A stretch of DNA of 64,000 nucleotides, taken from NCBI RefSeq assembly GCF_009914755.1, contig NC_060927.1, one strand, 5' to 3'. Under the pieces are notes generated by a model, which did not search any database, had not been told where the DNA came from, and saw nothing but the letters and a program-made list of their open reading frames with translations. The position numbers and the translations under genes were made by a program. Source of the DNA: the human T2T-CHM13v2.0 reference genome, Homo sapiens. Of the stretch, positions 45,933 to 59,861 are shown piece after piece (the stretch's first letter is position 1; each line of letters starts with the position of its first letter).

Positions 45933-46400
45933 CATGGGTATATTGAACCCAGCCAGGTAGTGAGCATAGTATCCAATAGGCAGTTTTTCAACCCATGCCT
46001 CCTTCTTCCTTCCCCCTTTAGTAGTCCACCATATCTATTGTTCCTATGTTTATATCCATGTATGCTCAATGTTTAGCTCCCACTTATAAGTGAGAACATG
46101 CATTATTTGGTATTCTGTTCCTGGGTTAATTTGCTTGGAATAATGGCCTCCAGCTCCATCATGTTGCTGCAAAGGTCATGATTTCATTCTTTTTTACGGC
46201 TGTGTAGTATTCCATGGTATATATGTACCACATTTTCTTTATCCAATTCACCACTGATGGGCACCTAGGTTGATTCCATATCTTTGCTATTGTGAATATA
46301 GTGGTGATGAATTTATGAGTGTGTGTGTCTTTTTAGCATAGTGATCTACATTCCTTTGTGTATATAGCCAGTAATGGGGTTGTTGGGTCAAATAGTAGCT
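45845..46400 (-). mobile_element. Older L1PA (PA15/16-like) 3' end containing a (TA)21 tract
   Basis: 'gtagtgagcatagtatccaatagg', 'tttagctcccacttataagtgagaacatgc'; TA run 45888-45930. Confidence 0.85.
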
Positions 46401-46679
46401 GTGAACACTTTTGGGACTGTGGTTAGGCCAGATGTCATGGTTCAAATGATGTTAGACATTAAATGTTGTACGCATTTTAAATCTTCAGATCTTATAAAGT
46501 TTTAATAATTTCTGTAGTTTTATTGAAAACATTGACACTGCTTATTTGAGTCATGGATTGTTATATCCATCTGGAAAGACAGTCACCCCTGATAGAACAC
46601 AGCATTTTCTGTTAGTCAGCATAATACAGGTTTTTAGAGTATTACTCATGGGGTTGGAAGTTTGATTTTATTCAGAAAT

Positions 46680-46739
46680 ATTTTTAAGAGATGGTGTCTT
46701 ACTATGATGCCCAGGCTGGACTCAAACTCTTAGTCTCAA
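46680..46739 (-). mobile_element. Short Alu/FLAM fragment
   Basis: 'tttttaagagatggtgtcttactatgatgcccaggctggactcaaactc'. Confidence 0.7.
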
Positions 46740-47007
46740 TTCAGAGATTCTAATATCCCTCACATAGGGTTTTGAACCCTGAAAATTGGTAAAAGTATAC
46801 TTCTATGGTATAAACCAATATATTATACGGTGGAATTTCACTGTGATTTGCTAATACCTGACATACAATATGCTGTTTAGTCTCTTGAATAGAGACTAGT
46901 CTCATCCTTATATTTTGTCATTTTTTTGTGGAACATACACAAAAATTCAAATTTTTCATGTTCAAAATTTGACTATAATCCCTCTTAGGTAGAACAGATA
47001 CTTTAAC

Positions 47008-47011
47008 CACA

Positions 47012-47071
<60 letters not shown>
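47008..47071. repeat. (CA)n microsatellite, ~32 units, one TA interruption
   Basis: Seen directly. Confidence 0.97.
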
Positions 47072-47072
<1 letters not shown>

Positions 47073-47599
47073 TTTGTAAGGGGATACTGAGGCCCAGGGA
47101 CTTACTCATAGTCATGAAGTTACTGGCATTTGACTCTGGAAGGGGTGATAGAGATTTCATCCTATGACCTCGCTTTACAGAACAAGTAATGAAGCTGAGA
47201 GAGGCTGGGCCACTTGCTCAAAGAGTTACAGCAAGTGAGTGGAGGGGCGGGGGGCGGTCAGGACTCAAAGTCACCTATCTTGTCTCTCAATCCAGGATAC
47301 CATCCCCTGCCATTCTCTGTCTCAGGCCAGCACAGCACTGGGCACCCAGCATCCTTAGTCTATGGTCTAGGTCTTTTTATTACACTATAAACCTATGTTT
47401 CGTGTATCCAAGCACACAAGGTGATTTGGGGAATACCATATTTAGACAAACATTGATTTTGAAATTATTCATTTACTTTAATGCATATCAATATCTGTGT
47501 ATCTTCTATTTACAAATGAGAATGATTTGCCAAATAACAGCTATATAGAATTTTATTTTTTTAAATATACTCATTTCGGTCAAAATAAAGTAGATTTGA

Positions 47600-47942
<343 letters not shown>

Positions 47943-48251
47943 TTATTGAAGTTTGGGAACTGTCAACATACATCCCTAACATCTTTTACCTTTTCATCAC
48001 CATTTATGTGTCTGCAAAACTTACCTGGCTGTGGTTCTCTTATAGTCACTCCAGCCAATGAAATGGAAGCAACTGTGTGAAAACTACACCAGTTAACTTA
48101 TAAAATTTCAATGACAGAGGATGGGTAGGTAGTGACGGCAAGAACACAATACATTCTGAGAAATGTTTCAATGTTATCATTTTAAAGTAAATCTTAGAAT
48201 TCCTATTAGTGTAGAAGTAAACTAGCATTACCTATTTTGAGCTTAACACAG

Positions 48252-48299
48252 TCAATGAAAGTCTTTATCAATGAAAGTCTTTATCAATGAAAGTCTTTA
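48252..48299. repeat. Perfect tandem repeat (tcaatgaaagtcttta)x3
   Basis: Seen directly. Confidence 0.97.
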
Positions 48300-50781
48300 T
48301 AGAAAGTATATATAGATAATTTCTATAAAGAAATTTATATTCTATATAATTTCTATAAAGAAATTATAAAGACAGACCAAACTTTTGACAAAAATCTGCT
48401 TAAATTGCTTAAAACATATTTTAGTGATAGATAATTGTTTATTTCAAGACCTTCACAATTTGAGCAATTTAGTGTTGCATCTGAGAAGACAGAGATGGTC
48501 AGTTTTTTAAACAAATTTACATAAAAAGATATGTTAAGATTTTATTGATAACTATTAAGATCTGCTATAATAATATGTCTCTCCATATAGAATTCTCATA
48601 TTTATGTGAAAATGTATGCAAAAATTGTGGCTTTTAATATATGAAATTTAAAAACTCATATACAATTTTGCTGGCAAAGCAAGATATGTGTTCAATTTAG
48701 TATCATTTCCATAATCCCAATTTTTATTTTCACCTCATCATGATTCTGTTAAACTTGGAAGCTCTTTTTAAAATAATTTCATCCAAAACCTTTTCTGAGG
48801 CTCTGATCCCTTAGATCTTGATCTCCTGTTTAATTTCCCTCAGCCATTAACAGGTGTGGATTTCATTTTCTTTGTCTTCCTTGCTAGGAAGTCTAACCAC
48901 AGCATTCTCACTGTGTACTCCAAAGGGCCCTGGCCTGGCTGCTTTCTACATCAACCTAATATGTGAGGTCCTTTCATGTGAAAATGACTCTCCATCATCA
49001 GGGTCACCTCATTCATTCATTAAAGGTAATTTAGCACACTCACACAGCATCCTACCAAGACCAGCTTTTTGACTTTTGTCAAGGTTTATCCACATCACAC
49101 TTGACATTCCTGGTGGGAATTTCTATGAATTCTGAAGCTTCAGAAAGATGTTTTGATATGTCCCACTAGGGGAAGGAACTTTTCCAGGGCACAGAGTGAT
49201 ATGAGGCCTGAACTAACTGGGTTCACCTCCAGGCCTGAGAAAGATGACATGAACCAGAAAAGCATGGCCTTACAGCTGGTTGGAAGGAGCCTGTCTTGCT
49301 GAGGCTCATTACAGAACTGGCGCAAGATACTCAGATCCGTTCATTCCCCTGGCTGTGAACTGTTGCGTACTGCAGAAGCTGAGTCAGCCTTCTACATCTG
49401 GGCTGCAGGTGTAGCCCAGACATGGCTAATTAAAATACCAGGCCTTAGTGGTATAGGACTCTTTCTCTGGGGCACTGCACAGCTCTAGCATGTCATCCTA
49501 AAAGGTTTATGCCTGAAAGTAAAAGTTCAGAATATTAAGAAGAAAAAAAATTGTATAATCCCTGGAATGCTAATGTCTTGAGTTTCTAAATTGAACGGCA
49601 CTGTCAGATTAGGCTCTATCGACATAGTCAGCAAGTTCTTATTCTTCTTGCCTGTGCCAGGCTGCTGCATGTCAGGACATAAAATGTTCCCTTCATAGGC
49701 AAAAGAAAGCACCCGTGATAAGTATACTATTAAGGAAAAGTGGTCAGTGTTCAGGCTGAGTTGAGACAGGAGTGGAATGTCATCTTTCTCATGTAGCGCG
49801 CTTTAATTTACAGCCAGGATGGTCATTTAAGCTTTTACACACTGTAATAAAGGTGTCCCAGCAGTTGGTAGAGAGTGAAGCTTGATCTTTGGCTTAAAAG
49901 AATGAGATTGAGATATAAAATACCTTTAATTGAAGAGATCTGTATCACAAGGGTTGTGAAGTTGAAGGTTTTATACGAAACATAACTGCTGTCTTTACCC
50001 AGAAGAGTAGATATAAACAGCCCGGTCCTAAGTAAATCTCTGACACCCCTTCACTACCATCCCGCATGATACTGGCATTTGGTTTGTTTTTCATGGTTTA
50101 TAAGGGTTTTCACAAACAGAAACTCGTTTGATCTTTATACCTTTCTGGAAGATACAGTATTTTTATTCTCCCTTTACCGAGACTTGTTGCACATTTGAAA
50201 TTCTGCATTTCTAGAACATAGGGCTGCAAACTATGTGATGTGGATTTAGGAGCATGGGGCATTGCAGGAGACACATAATAAAGGATCCGGGTGAGAGCAG
50301 AGGAAGACACAGTTCCCAGATGCTTGGCACATAGTGAGGATGGGAAAGGGAAGGCCAAAGAATCTGGCAGCTCTGGCTCAGCAGTTAACCTGTCTTCTGT
50401 GTTCCACCTCTCTAGAGGATGCTGCCCAACTCTCAGGGATAAGTATGTGGTTTTAATTGGCTTGTTATCATAATTTGAAGCTACGTGTCCTGCCTGACTA
50501 GTCTTTAATGAGGCACATCCACTCTTGGGCTCAGTCAAGCAAAAGAACCTTCGGTGGATTAATAGACTCCAGTTTCTCCTATGAATATTGCCAAAGGTAC
50601 AGGGGGCTTTGGGTGCCAATAAAAACAGATTTCCCATTGATTGACTTCCTGCATGCAAATAATCCTCCTCCCTAGGGAACGCATTAACAAGAGAAAGCTG
50701 AGTTTCTCCTCACAACAAGTCAAGTTTATTCCGACTCATTTGTGTAAACTGGTCTATAGGAACACACAGATAAGACTTGTT

Positions 50782-50880
50782 GTGTTAATTAGCCTCATCT
50801 AATCATTCCACACTGTGGACATACATCAAAACATCACATTGTACCCCCAAAATACAATCATTATTTGCCAATTTTAAAAC
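50782..50880 (+). mobile_element. L1MA extreme 3' end fragment
   Basis: 'gtgttaattagc...aatcattccacactg...acatcaaaacatcacattgtacccc'. Confidence 0.75.
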
Positions 50881-51276
50881 ATTTGTAAGAAACTTACTGA
50901 ACCCATACTTGTATGCTAAGCCCTTAACAAGTATCATTTTACTCAAACAAAACTGTTCTACTTAGGTTCCATGGTTGTCACATCATTATCATTTCAGACA
51001 AGGAGACCAAACTCCAGAAGTTTTAGTAACTCATATAAGTTATATGGAAAATGAGGTGTGAAGCCAAAATATGAGGTGCAGCTGTGGGAAACCAAGCCTG
51101 TGTACCTAGTGATCCCAAGAATTATCCCACCCTATAGATGGAAGTGCTTTTGATTGGTGCCCTGATTCAAGTAAATTTGTGCAGGGAATTTTTGGAGATT
51201 TTCCTTCATGAAAAGATAACTGATTATGTTGATATTTCTCTACGTCTTGAAAGTTTTGTTCTATCTTGCACAGGTT

Positions 51277-51435
51277 ATTTGAAGGATTCTTTTTTTTTTA
51301 ATATTTAAGGGAATGAAAAGATATAAGCCTTATATGGATCTATGCATGTTTTAACTTTTCAAGTCTTATATGACTCTATGCATGTTGTAACTTTTCAGTT
51401 CTTCTTTTTCTTTTCCTGTAAGCACATTTTCTGTG
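51277..51435 (+). repeat. Copy A of a local direct duplication, with internal 36-bp tandem duplication (51325-51360 / 51361-51396)
   Basis: Aligns to 53446-53565. Confidence 0.93.
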
Positions 51436-52721
51436 ACTCCTCTTATTTCTTCAAATAGGTAGTCCACAATGGGAAGACTACTCGCACACGATAAATCTCT
51501 GCTAGACAATTGTCAGATAATTTTAAGGCTGCTAGATGCTACTATAAATACAAACTGGCAAAGATAACTTAGTTCTGGAGTTTTTCTTAGTCATGAACTC
51601 ATTAGAAGAGCTATAGTCTCTTGCCATTGACAGCCCAGAGAATGCATTTTCCTTGTTCTTTGTGTTGAAAAATTTCTGACTTTGTTTCAAAGAGGTGTTA
51701 AGAGGTGAGGCATGTTTTCAGAATCATACTGTTAGTCTCTTTTATAACATCATCTTCCAAAAATAAAGTTCTAAGGTATTTGACTGCCATTCTGAGTCCT
51801 CCTTATTCTGAAAGGATGACCAAAGTTTTGGCTCTGAGAGAGAATATTCTAAAAAAGGACAGCTACTTCAGGATATAAGAAAATAAGAGGAGAGAGAGCA
51901 CCATTTCAGTTTAAAGGAGGAAAGACATATTTTAAGATATTGCTGAAACTTTGACATTTTGAGTTTTAGCAGATTCAAACAGGAGACCAAAAACGTGTGG
52001 CCCCCGTGACTCAACTCATTGTGGGTGTGGAGACATGGATGGGGGGAGCCAGGCAGTTCAATTGTCAGCTAAATATTAGAGTCCTTGAGATATTTTCTTC
52101 CTGTGATATTTGACCTCTTTTTGATGGGTATTATCATCATTTTTTCTCCCCCACTGGGAGAAAATATGGTGAAGGAAATGAAAGGTGAAAGGGATAGCAA
52201 AGAAAAGAATGGATGAATAGTGGGTAGAGACCAGGCACCCTGACACAGGGAAAACAGGGTCAAACGAAGCCCTTTGGTTTTCTTCCAGAAACCTAAAAAT
52301 ATCCACCTCTTGCCTGATTGACATTTCCACTCTGCTTGCCTTATGCATGTGCTGTAGGGGCTGCTAATGTTGCTTAACTCACATGCTCCCTGCACTTTTC
52401 TGCTGTTAGAAAGAAACCAGTCAGTTGGGTAATCATGATAATTAAAAAAGATGTAAACTTTCAGAGTGGCTGACACAAACTCATTACACTAAGCTGTCTT
52501 GCCTGACTGAACTAACATTAATTCCAATACCCCATTACATTCTGGCATGTAAGAATTTCTAACTAATGTGGATATTTCTTCCTTCATTTCCTTACCCAAC
52601 TCTTCCCTACCTTCCTTCATTCCTCCCTTCTTTCCTTCCCTTCTTTCTCATCTCTAACACATTCCCATTGATGCTGATGCTGCCTGTCCAAAGAACAAAC
52701 TTTTGCTGAACTGTTTGAGTC

Positions 52722-53370
<649 letters not shown>

Positions 53371-53445
53371 TTTTTTAAGAGAATTAAAAACAGGTAACAT
53401 TTTTAAAAAGAGAGAGAACCAGTTTTAATGCACAGCAACCAACCA

Positions 53446-53565
53446 ATTTGAAGGATTCTTTTTTTAATATTTAAGGGAAGGAAAAGATACAAGCTTTATA
53501 TGACTCTATGCATGTTGTAACTTTTCAGTTCTACCTTTTCTTTTCCTCTGAGTACATTTTCTGTG
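53446..53565 (+). repeat. Copy B of the local direct duplication (120 bp)
   Basis: About 8 substitutions plus a poly-T length difference against copy A. Confidence 0.93.
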
Positions 53566-54574
53566 GTCGAACCTGTTACTCAGATGTGCATTTGGTGAAA
53601 CAATTTCTATGCCTACCTTGGAAAGTCTGTGCCCCTTTCTTCAGGCTAAAAGGCATGCTGCAGGAAACCACATCCAAATGTATTCCTCCCTTTCTTTGTG
53701 CCAAAGAGTTGGAGTTTCTTAGAACTCTAGATTTTGACGGAAGTAGATTTCAATATCTGCTTCATCACTATCTATACAAGTTCCGGCACTAACTGATTGC
53801 GCCACTGGAGCTCCAGCTTCATCACTTTCTTAATCCCTCTAAGCCCCTGTTTAGAATGAGGTTGAAATGGTGGGTACCCAGTGGGGTTGTGGAGGGGCTT
53901 CTATGACAGATTATCAGAACATGGGGGTTTATAAATGATAGCTTCTAATATTTTGAGATGACTCTTGTTGCATTTGGTGTGTTTGTGTCCAGAAGAAGAC
54001 AGAGCATCCTCAAACCTCTTATGTTGCCTACACTTGAAGTTAGAAAATATTTGGTTTTATGTGGACCAAAAACCAGACCATTCTTATGTAAAATGTGAAG
54101 ACTCATTGATGTTTTTATGCAGCATCGATTCCCCTGTCAGGGAAATCATTTGGGATTTGCTTATTGTTATGTGTAAAGAATTTATGAAAAGGACCAGGTT
54201 ATCTGTGGACCCAGGATGAAAGTATAACCTGGGTCTACCAAAAGGCTCTTCCAAACTCAAGTACCCTTCCTTTTGTCTGGAGCTACCCTCATTAATTAGA
54301 GCTGATCCTGTGGATGAAGGAACAAGAGGGAAGGTCAAATATAACTTCATTTTCTAGAGGGTGTGCCTGACTGGCCCACTGGCAGCTATGAGATGTATTA
54401 TGGATTAAACAGTAGACAAAAATCAAGCCTCAATTTAAAGTTTATTAATGAAGCACCTGGGGGGCATTTAGCATACATGAGCTTTTGTTTTTTAAGAAAG
54501 CTGACAGAGTGATGAAAAGATAACAATTTTTGTTTCCATTGAAGACTTCTTAAAAACATTGATTTTCCGTCCAT

Positions 54575-55140
54575 GTTAATCAAGACTCTTTGTGGAAAAT
54601 GATAGAAACCCAATCTAAACTGCTTAAGCCGAGAAAAATAGGTAAAATTTATTGGGTTAACTAACTGAAGTTTGCAAAGTTGTAGCTGATTTGGGACATG
54701 ACAGGAGGCAAGGGGTCAAACAGCATCAAATTCTACCCCACCCTGCCCCTTCCCCCTTCCTCTCTTGGTGCTGCTTCCTCCTGGATTGGTTTTAAATTCA
54801 GAAAACATCTCTTCATGAGGGTGCAAGGATGACCATTAGCCACTCCTCCAGGCCTATTTTCCTCCAGGTCATTCATTCCAACAAAACACCCAACTCCTGC
54901 TTCCCAGCTGGACCCACAGAAGCCCTAGGATCACATTTCACAGGCCTGGCTTTGCCTTACTCACACTCCATAACCAATCATATTGTCCAGGGGATGGAAT
55001 TGTCCACCTCTAATTGGCCAGGCCTGGGCCACATCAGCCCCACTCAACCCACGTAACTGAGAATGCAACAAGGATGATTTCCCTAGTAAAACTGGGGTAT
55101 TATTCCAAGAAGAAAGAAAGAATGTTGGGTGGGAAAAACA
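54575..55140 (-). mobile_element. Old MaLR LTR (MLT1K-like)
   Basis: 'atgatagaaacccaatctaaactgcttaagcc', 'aaccaatcatattgtccaggggatggaat...aattggccaggcctggg'. Confidence 0.6.
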
Positions 55141-55428
55141 GCGATTTCTAAGAACCCAAAGGGAGTAAAATGACACGTTCCTTATAGAAACTTGGACAAG
55201 AGATAGAGAGTCCCAGGTTTTGCAACAAAGTTATGATGTTGAGAAACGTTTTCTGATGTTTGTCACAATCACAAACGAGGTGTTTGTGTCGAATACCCCA
55301 CAGTGTCCAAAGAGTTAATATTTCAGAGGATGGGAGTTGGGGAAACATTTGGAAAACATCCACCTGTATTTCATCTCCCCCCTTCCATATTAGATTTTTC
55401 TCTCCCTGTCTCTTTTGCCTCTTTGTCT

Positions 55429-55429
<1 letters not shown>

Positions 55430-55473
<44 letters not shown>
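55430..55473. repeat. (CT)n(CA)n microsatellite
   Basis: Seen directly. Confidence 0.9.
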
Positions 55474-55474
<1 letters not shown>

Positions 55475-55846
55475 TTTAAATATATACAATGAGTTTATTC
55501 ACCTCAGAAGCAGGGATGTGACACCAGCTGGAGGGTTTCACTAATATGATTGAAATATGGTTAAGTGATTTTCAAGTATACAGTGATTTGCACTGTGTAA
55601 CTATAAATAGATGCTCAGGGGGAAATTCTCTTTCCCCAATCCTATTGACTTATGGCAATGTATGTGGAGATCCAAGCTCTGAGCAGAGTGAAATATGCCT
55701 TTGTATTGCAGTTGCTTTCTGCCAAAGATAGAAATCACTTTACAGAAAAAGAGCCTTATTCCCACCAGGTGAAAAGCTGCTCTTTTGTAATAAAACACAA
55801 TCCTCTGGAAAACCACGTTAGCTTCTGTGTGCTGCTGGATCTTCAT

Positions 55847-56075
55847 TTAGGGAGGCAGCGTAGTAGCAAGAGCTTAAAATGTGGGCATCCATCTGCCCTC
55901 AGCTTGTTCTCTTGCTTGGCCTTTTCTTTCCTTGGTGACATTACCTGCTTAGCTTGTCAAACCCAAGCTTCCTTGTTTCTTCAAAGATTTGACAAATTTA
56001 CCTAAAGCATATGGGGTTATGAGGATGAAATAAGATAAAACACGTAACATGGGGCCTGGCATATCATAAAATCAC
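55847..56075 (+). mobile_element. MIR; 55847-56042 is the donor of the inverted duplication
   Basis: 'gggaggcagcgtagtagc...aagagc', 'ggttatgaggatgaaataagataa', tail 'gcctggcatatcata'. Confidence 0.75.
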
Positions 56076-56639
56076 TAAAGAATTGGTGATGGATGAATAT
56101 ATGGTTATTGAGTATAATGGGATGCAATAAATGGAACATAATGATTCAATGCAAATTAGGGAAAACAGCACTTTTATTCTGTTTTTAAGAAACTGGACTT
56201 TTTAAAAAGAAAGGTATTAAGAATACCAGCAGTTTTTGTGACACTTGTGGAAATTCATCTGCCTGGGCGTAGTTTCCTCATCTATGAAAGAAAATATTCA
56301 AATAGGATCTAAAATTCTCAGGAAAACATTCCTGTGGGTTTAGTTTTCATACATTGTAAGGACATCCTAAATGGTTTCAAGCCAAAGCTAACCTTAAAGT
56401 CAGGCCAAGCAATGAGCAGGTAGTGGCAGAAACTACTAAAACATTAAAATTGCATTTCTTTTAATACCTGTATCTTCATATAGTTAGAAACTGAGCTGGA
56501 CAGTCAGAGCTTTGAATTCAAATCCCATTCTTTCTTTTTTCTTTTATTCTACATGAATGAACTGAGGGCCTGGCCTGGCCTGTTCTGTCCGTATCTCTAT
56601 GCTATCCATGGGAGTTGTATTTTAATTGGTGGTGGTGGG

Positions 56640-57390
56640 GGGGAATAAAAATAAGTAACCCAAAATAAATAACTGCAAATTATGCCACAGGCTATGAAAA
56701 AAAGAAAGCAAGCAAGGAAACAAATATTAATACAAATGGTGCCAGCCTCATTTTCATATAGAAAGGATTCTATAAGCTAAGGTGTATGAGTAAAAGCCTT
56801 CAACCATGTGAAGGGGAAGAAGGAAAGCACTCCAAACAGAAGGGAAAGCAAGTGCAAAGCCCCTGGGGTAAGATGTATTTGAAGACTAAATGACCAGCAT
56901 GGCTAAACTTTAGTAAGTCGGGGACAGTGGTAGAAGTTGCAGTTGGAGAAAGGAAGAGGCCAGATCACACGTGGCCTTGTAATGTGTTGTCAGAGCTTGC
57001 ATTGTCCTCTTTGTGTCTTGCAAAGGACACATTTAAAAAATAAAATGTTTTATCTTATTTCATCCTCATAACCCCATATGCTTTAGGTAAATTTGTCAAA
57101 TCATTGAAGAAACAAGGAAGCTTGGGTTTGACAAGCTAAGCAGGTAAGATTACCAAGGTAAGAAAAGGCCAAGCAAGAGAACAACCTGAAGGCAGATGGA
57201 TGCCCACATTTTAAGCTCTTGCTACTACTCTGCCTCCCTAAGACTAATAGAAATTGTGATTTGAAACCACTCTTGCTTCTGTAAATAAACAAGAGAATAT
57301 AAGAATGGAAGCTAGAAGATCAGTTAGGTATTTCTCAGAGAAATCCAGGGTAGAGACAACGGTGAGCTAAACTAGGTGGTAATAGTATAA
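56640..57390 (+). mobile_element. L2 fragment interrupted by the inverted MIR copy
   Basis: 'agaagggaaagcaagtgcaaagccctgggg', 'ggccagatcacac' before the insert; 'accactcttgcttctg...ggaagctagaagatcagttagg...atccaggg' after it. Confidence 0.7.
57046..57241 (-). repeat. 196-bp inverted copy of 55847-56042
   Basis: Ungapped reverse-complement match, 8 mismatches by manual count. Confidence 0.97.
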
Positions 57391-58724
57391 TGCACAGGAA
57401 GAAATATTCCAGTCTTATCCCTGGCTGTGTGACTGACACCAAATTCCTTTTTAAATCCCTAGGACTCAGTTTCACTGTCCGTAACATGAGCAGGTACAAC
57501 ACAATCTCTAAGGGACTCGTATGTCAACATTTTATTCTAATTTCTAAAAATCTCTAAGCCAGACCAACTCTTTTGTTAAATTTACATGGCTTTGATGCAC
57601 TGATTTGCTCTTACCAGCTTTCTTGCCAGGCCCTAGGGTAAAGATATGAGATTACCTGCCAAGAAATAAGAAATGAGTGCAAGTCTTATTAAGAACTGTG
57701 GGAGTTGGCTGGCCTTGAAATGGCATTATCTTTTCTGTTTTACACTTAGGGTGGTTTCAAAACAGTCTATTCAGTTGTGTGCATGAATTTCCAATTCCAA
57801 ATTCAAACTACAAATTTCATAAACCCAGATTCTGAATGTTAAGTTTCATTTTATGCTGTTTAGGATGATGGTTTTCATGAAGAAGGACAAAAGATTAAAA
57901 AGAGCTATGATGAAAGTTTTATTAAATGAAGGATTCAAAAGAGAAAACTCTCCAAACCCCATCCAACATTTTTCTGTCTAGTGTTCAGAGAAAAATGGTA
58001 AATTAATAGAAAAGCAAAACAGTGTGGGATGCCAATACATTCAAGAAAAGCCAAAGTTCATTTCTGCCTGCAGATTCAAACACTGCTGGCAGATCAATGT
58101 GAGCTTCACAGTGTGGTTTGCAAAAATCGTTCTGCAGCTAATATCCTCAAGGACAAGACACAGCCTGCTTTGGCTACTCTTCAGAGTTTGCCTGAATTGC
58201 TGTGGGAAGCAATATTTTCCACTGGGAGGACTTTGGAGCCTAGATAGTTATAGCACCCATAAATCAAATCATCAAGATTTCACAAAAGTAGTGAGGATTT
58301 TTGGTGTTTGTTCCCCCGCCCCGCCCCCGCCCACATGTAACTGTGTGGTGGGGGCTGCCTGTCTAGCATGTGTATCATTAGCCTTACTCAGAAGTCTAAT
58401 GTGTGCTTTAATTTAATGAGATGCGACTGCTTGTGCATTCTCTCTCTCTGTTTCTCTTTCTTTCTTGTTTTGCTGTTTTCTCTAGAAATGATTCCATTAC
58501 CAAAGGACATTATTTTCGTCATTTTGTTGTTGTTGCAAAATTAACATAGACCATATACAATTTGCAAAACAGAAGCATGGTCTGGGTGGGACAGTGAAGT
58601 TCATATTTCTTGACATAGGCAGGCAAAAAAGAGATAAGTTATATTACATGTTGTATTATATTTTATTTTTAAAAATTAGTTTTAAGTTTGCAGGATAAAG
58701 TTAATTGAGATATATATATATTAA

Positions 58725-59430
58725 TATGTATTTGCTGAGCACATCTAACGAAGAATTTATGGCAGGTACTGGGGTGATAGCAGTGAACTAGAAAGCAAGA
58801 GTCCTTCCTTTATAGGTCTAGGACTAAAAGAGGAGGTAAGCAAAATAAGCAAATAATTAAAATGTAATAAGTAATGTTGGGGAGAAATATGGAGGGCAAT
58901 CTTTGTGGGGGAGTGAAAGATGTCATATTTAAAGATAACTGCCAAGGGGTAGGAATAAAGGAGAGATGTCCAAAGGCTTCAAAAGAATGTGTTCTGTTGA
59001 AGGTGCAGAGCAAAACCAGTGTGGCTGGAAAGGAGAAAGAAGGAAAGGGGGCTTCAAGCAAGATCATGTGCATTGTCAGACTTCAGATCATCCAAGGCCT
59101 TGTAAGATTAGGGGACTTTTTTTTTTTTTTGCATAAGTCATAAAGAAATCACTGTGGGGGAATCAAACACTAAACAGGTATGCAAGATAATTTCAGATAA
59201 AGTATATGAAACAAAAATGGGATAGAGCAATTTTAGAGGAGATAATGATGAGGAATGTCCTCTCTGAGGAGGTGACATTTGAACGGAGACCTGAATGGGA
59301 CAAAAGGGCTAGTGGAGAAGAGATCTGAAGAAAGAGCATTTCAAGCATTAGAGTAAATAGGGCAAAAATCAGGAAGCAGGACTGTGCTGTTTGTTTAATA
59401 CACAGAAAGAAAGAAATGGTTAACTGGAAT
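58725..59430 (+). mobile_element. L2 fragments
   Basis: 'tatttgctgagcac...ggcaggtactggggtgatagcagtgaac', 'ctctgaggaggtgacatttgaacggagacctgaatg'. Confidence 0.65.
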
Positions 59431-59861
59431 TTGGACTCGGGACTTGAGTTCAAATTCAAAGTTATTTATGCTGCCCCCAAATGCGACTACCTAACTGAGC
59501 CTGCTGTTTGCTAAGGATTAGGGGCTTTCTCTGTTTCACTAGATGGTAAGTACCTGAGCATAGGGACCATGTCTTCCCACTTATTTCTGCAAACTTAGTA
59601 TCTGGGCCCTGTCTAGTACCTGTTAGACTCTCAGTAAATATTCATTGAATGAAAACATCTCTACAATTACAATACCCTGACTGTATATCTACTGTTAAAA
59701 TTCTAAGACTAGAAAAAAACAATTTAAATGTTGAAATTCAGTCAGCCAATTGGTAATTTAATAACCCAACTAAAAAAAAAAACCCAGAAGACAAAATAGT
59801 CAAACCATTTCTAAGAGTAGCTGCAGACTAAATAACAAGAAAAGAAAAAAATTATCTAAAG

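Noticed and set aside
50110-50658. 182-aa ORF, the longest outside recognised repeats
   Set aside because: No recognisable domain or exon structure; compatible with chance. A BLASTP or PhyloCSF hit would be needed
55652-57292. ORFs 55652-56005(+) and 57101-57292(-) share a Cys-rich peptide (SSKSLKCGHPSA...CLACQTQASLFLQ), resembling paralogous genes
   Set aside because: The similarity is fully explained by the 196-bp inverted DNA duplication of a MIR and stops at its edges; there is no coding signature
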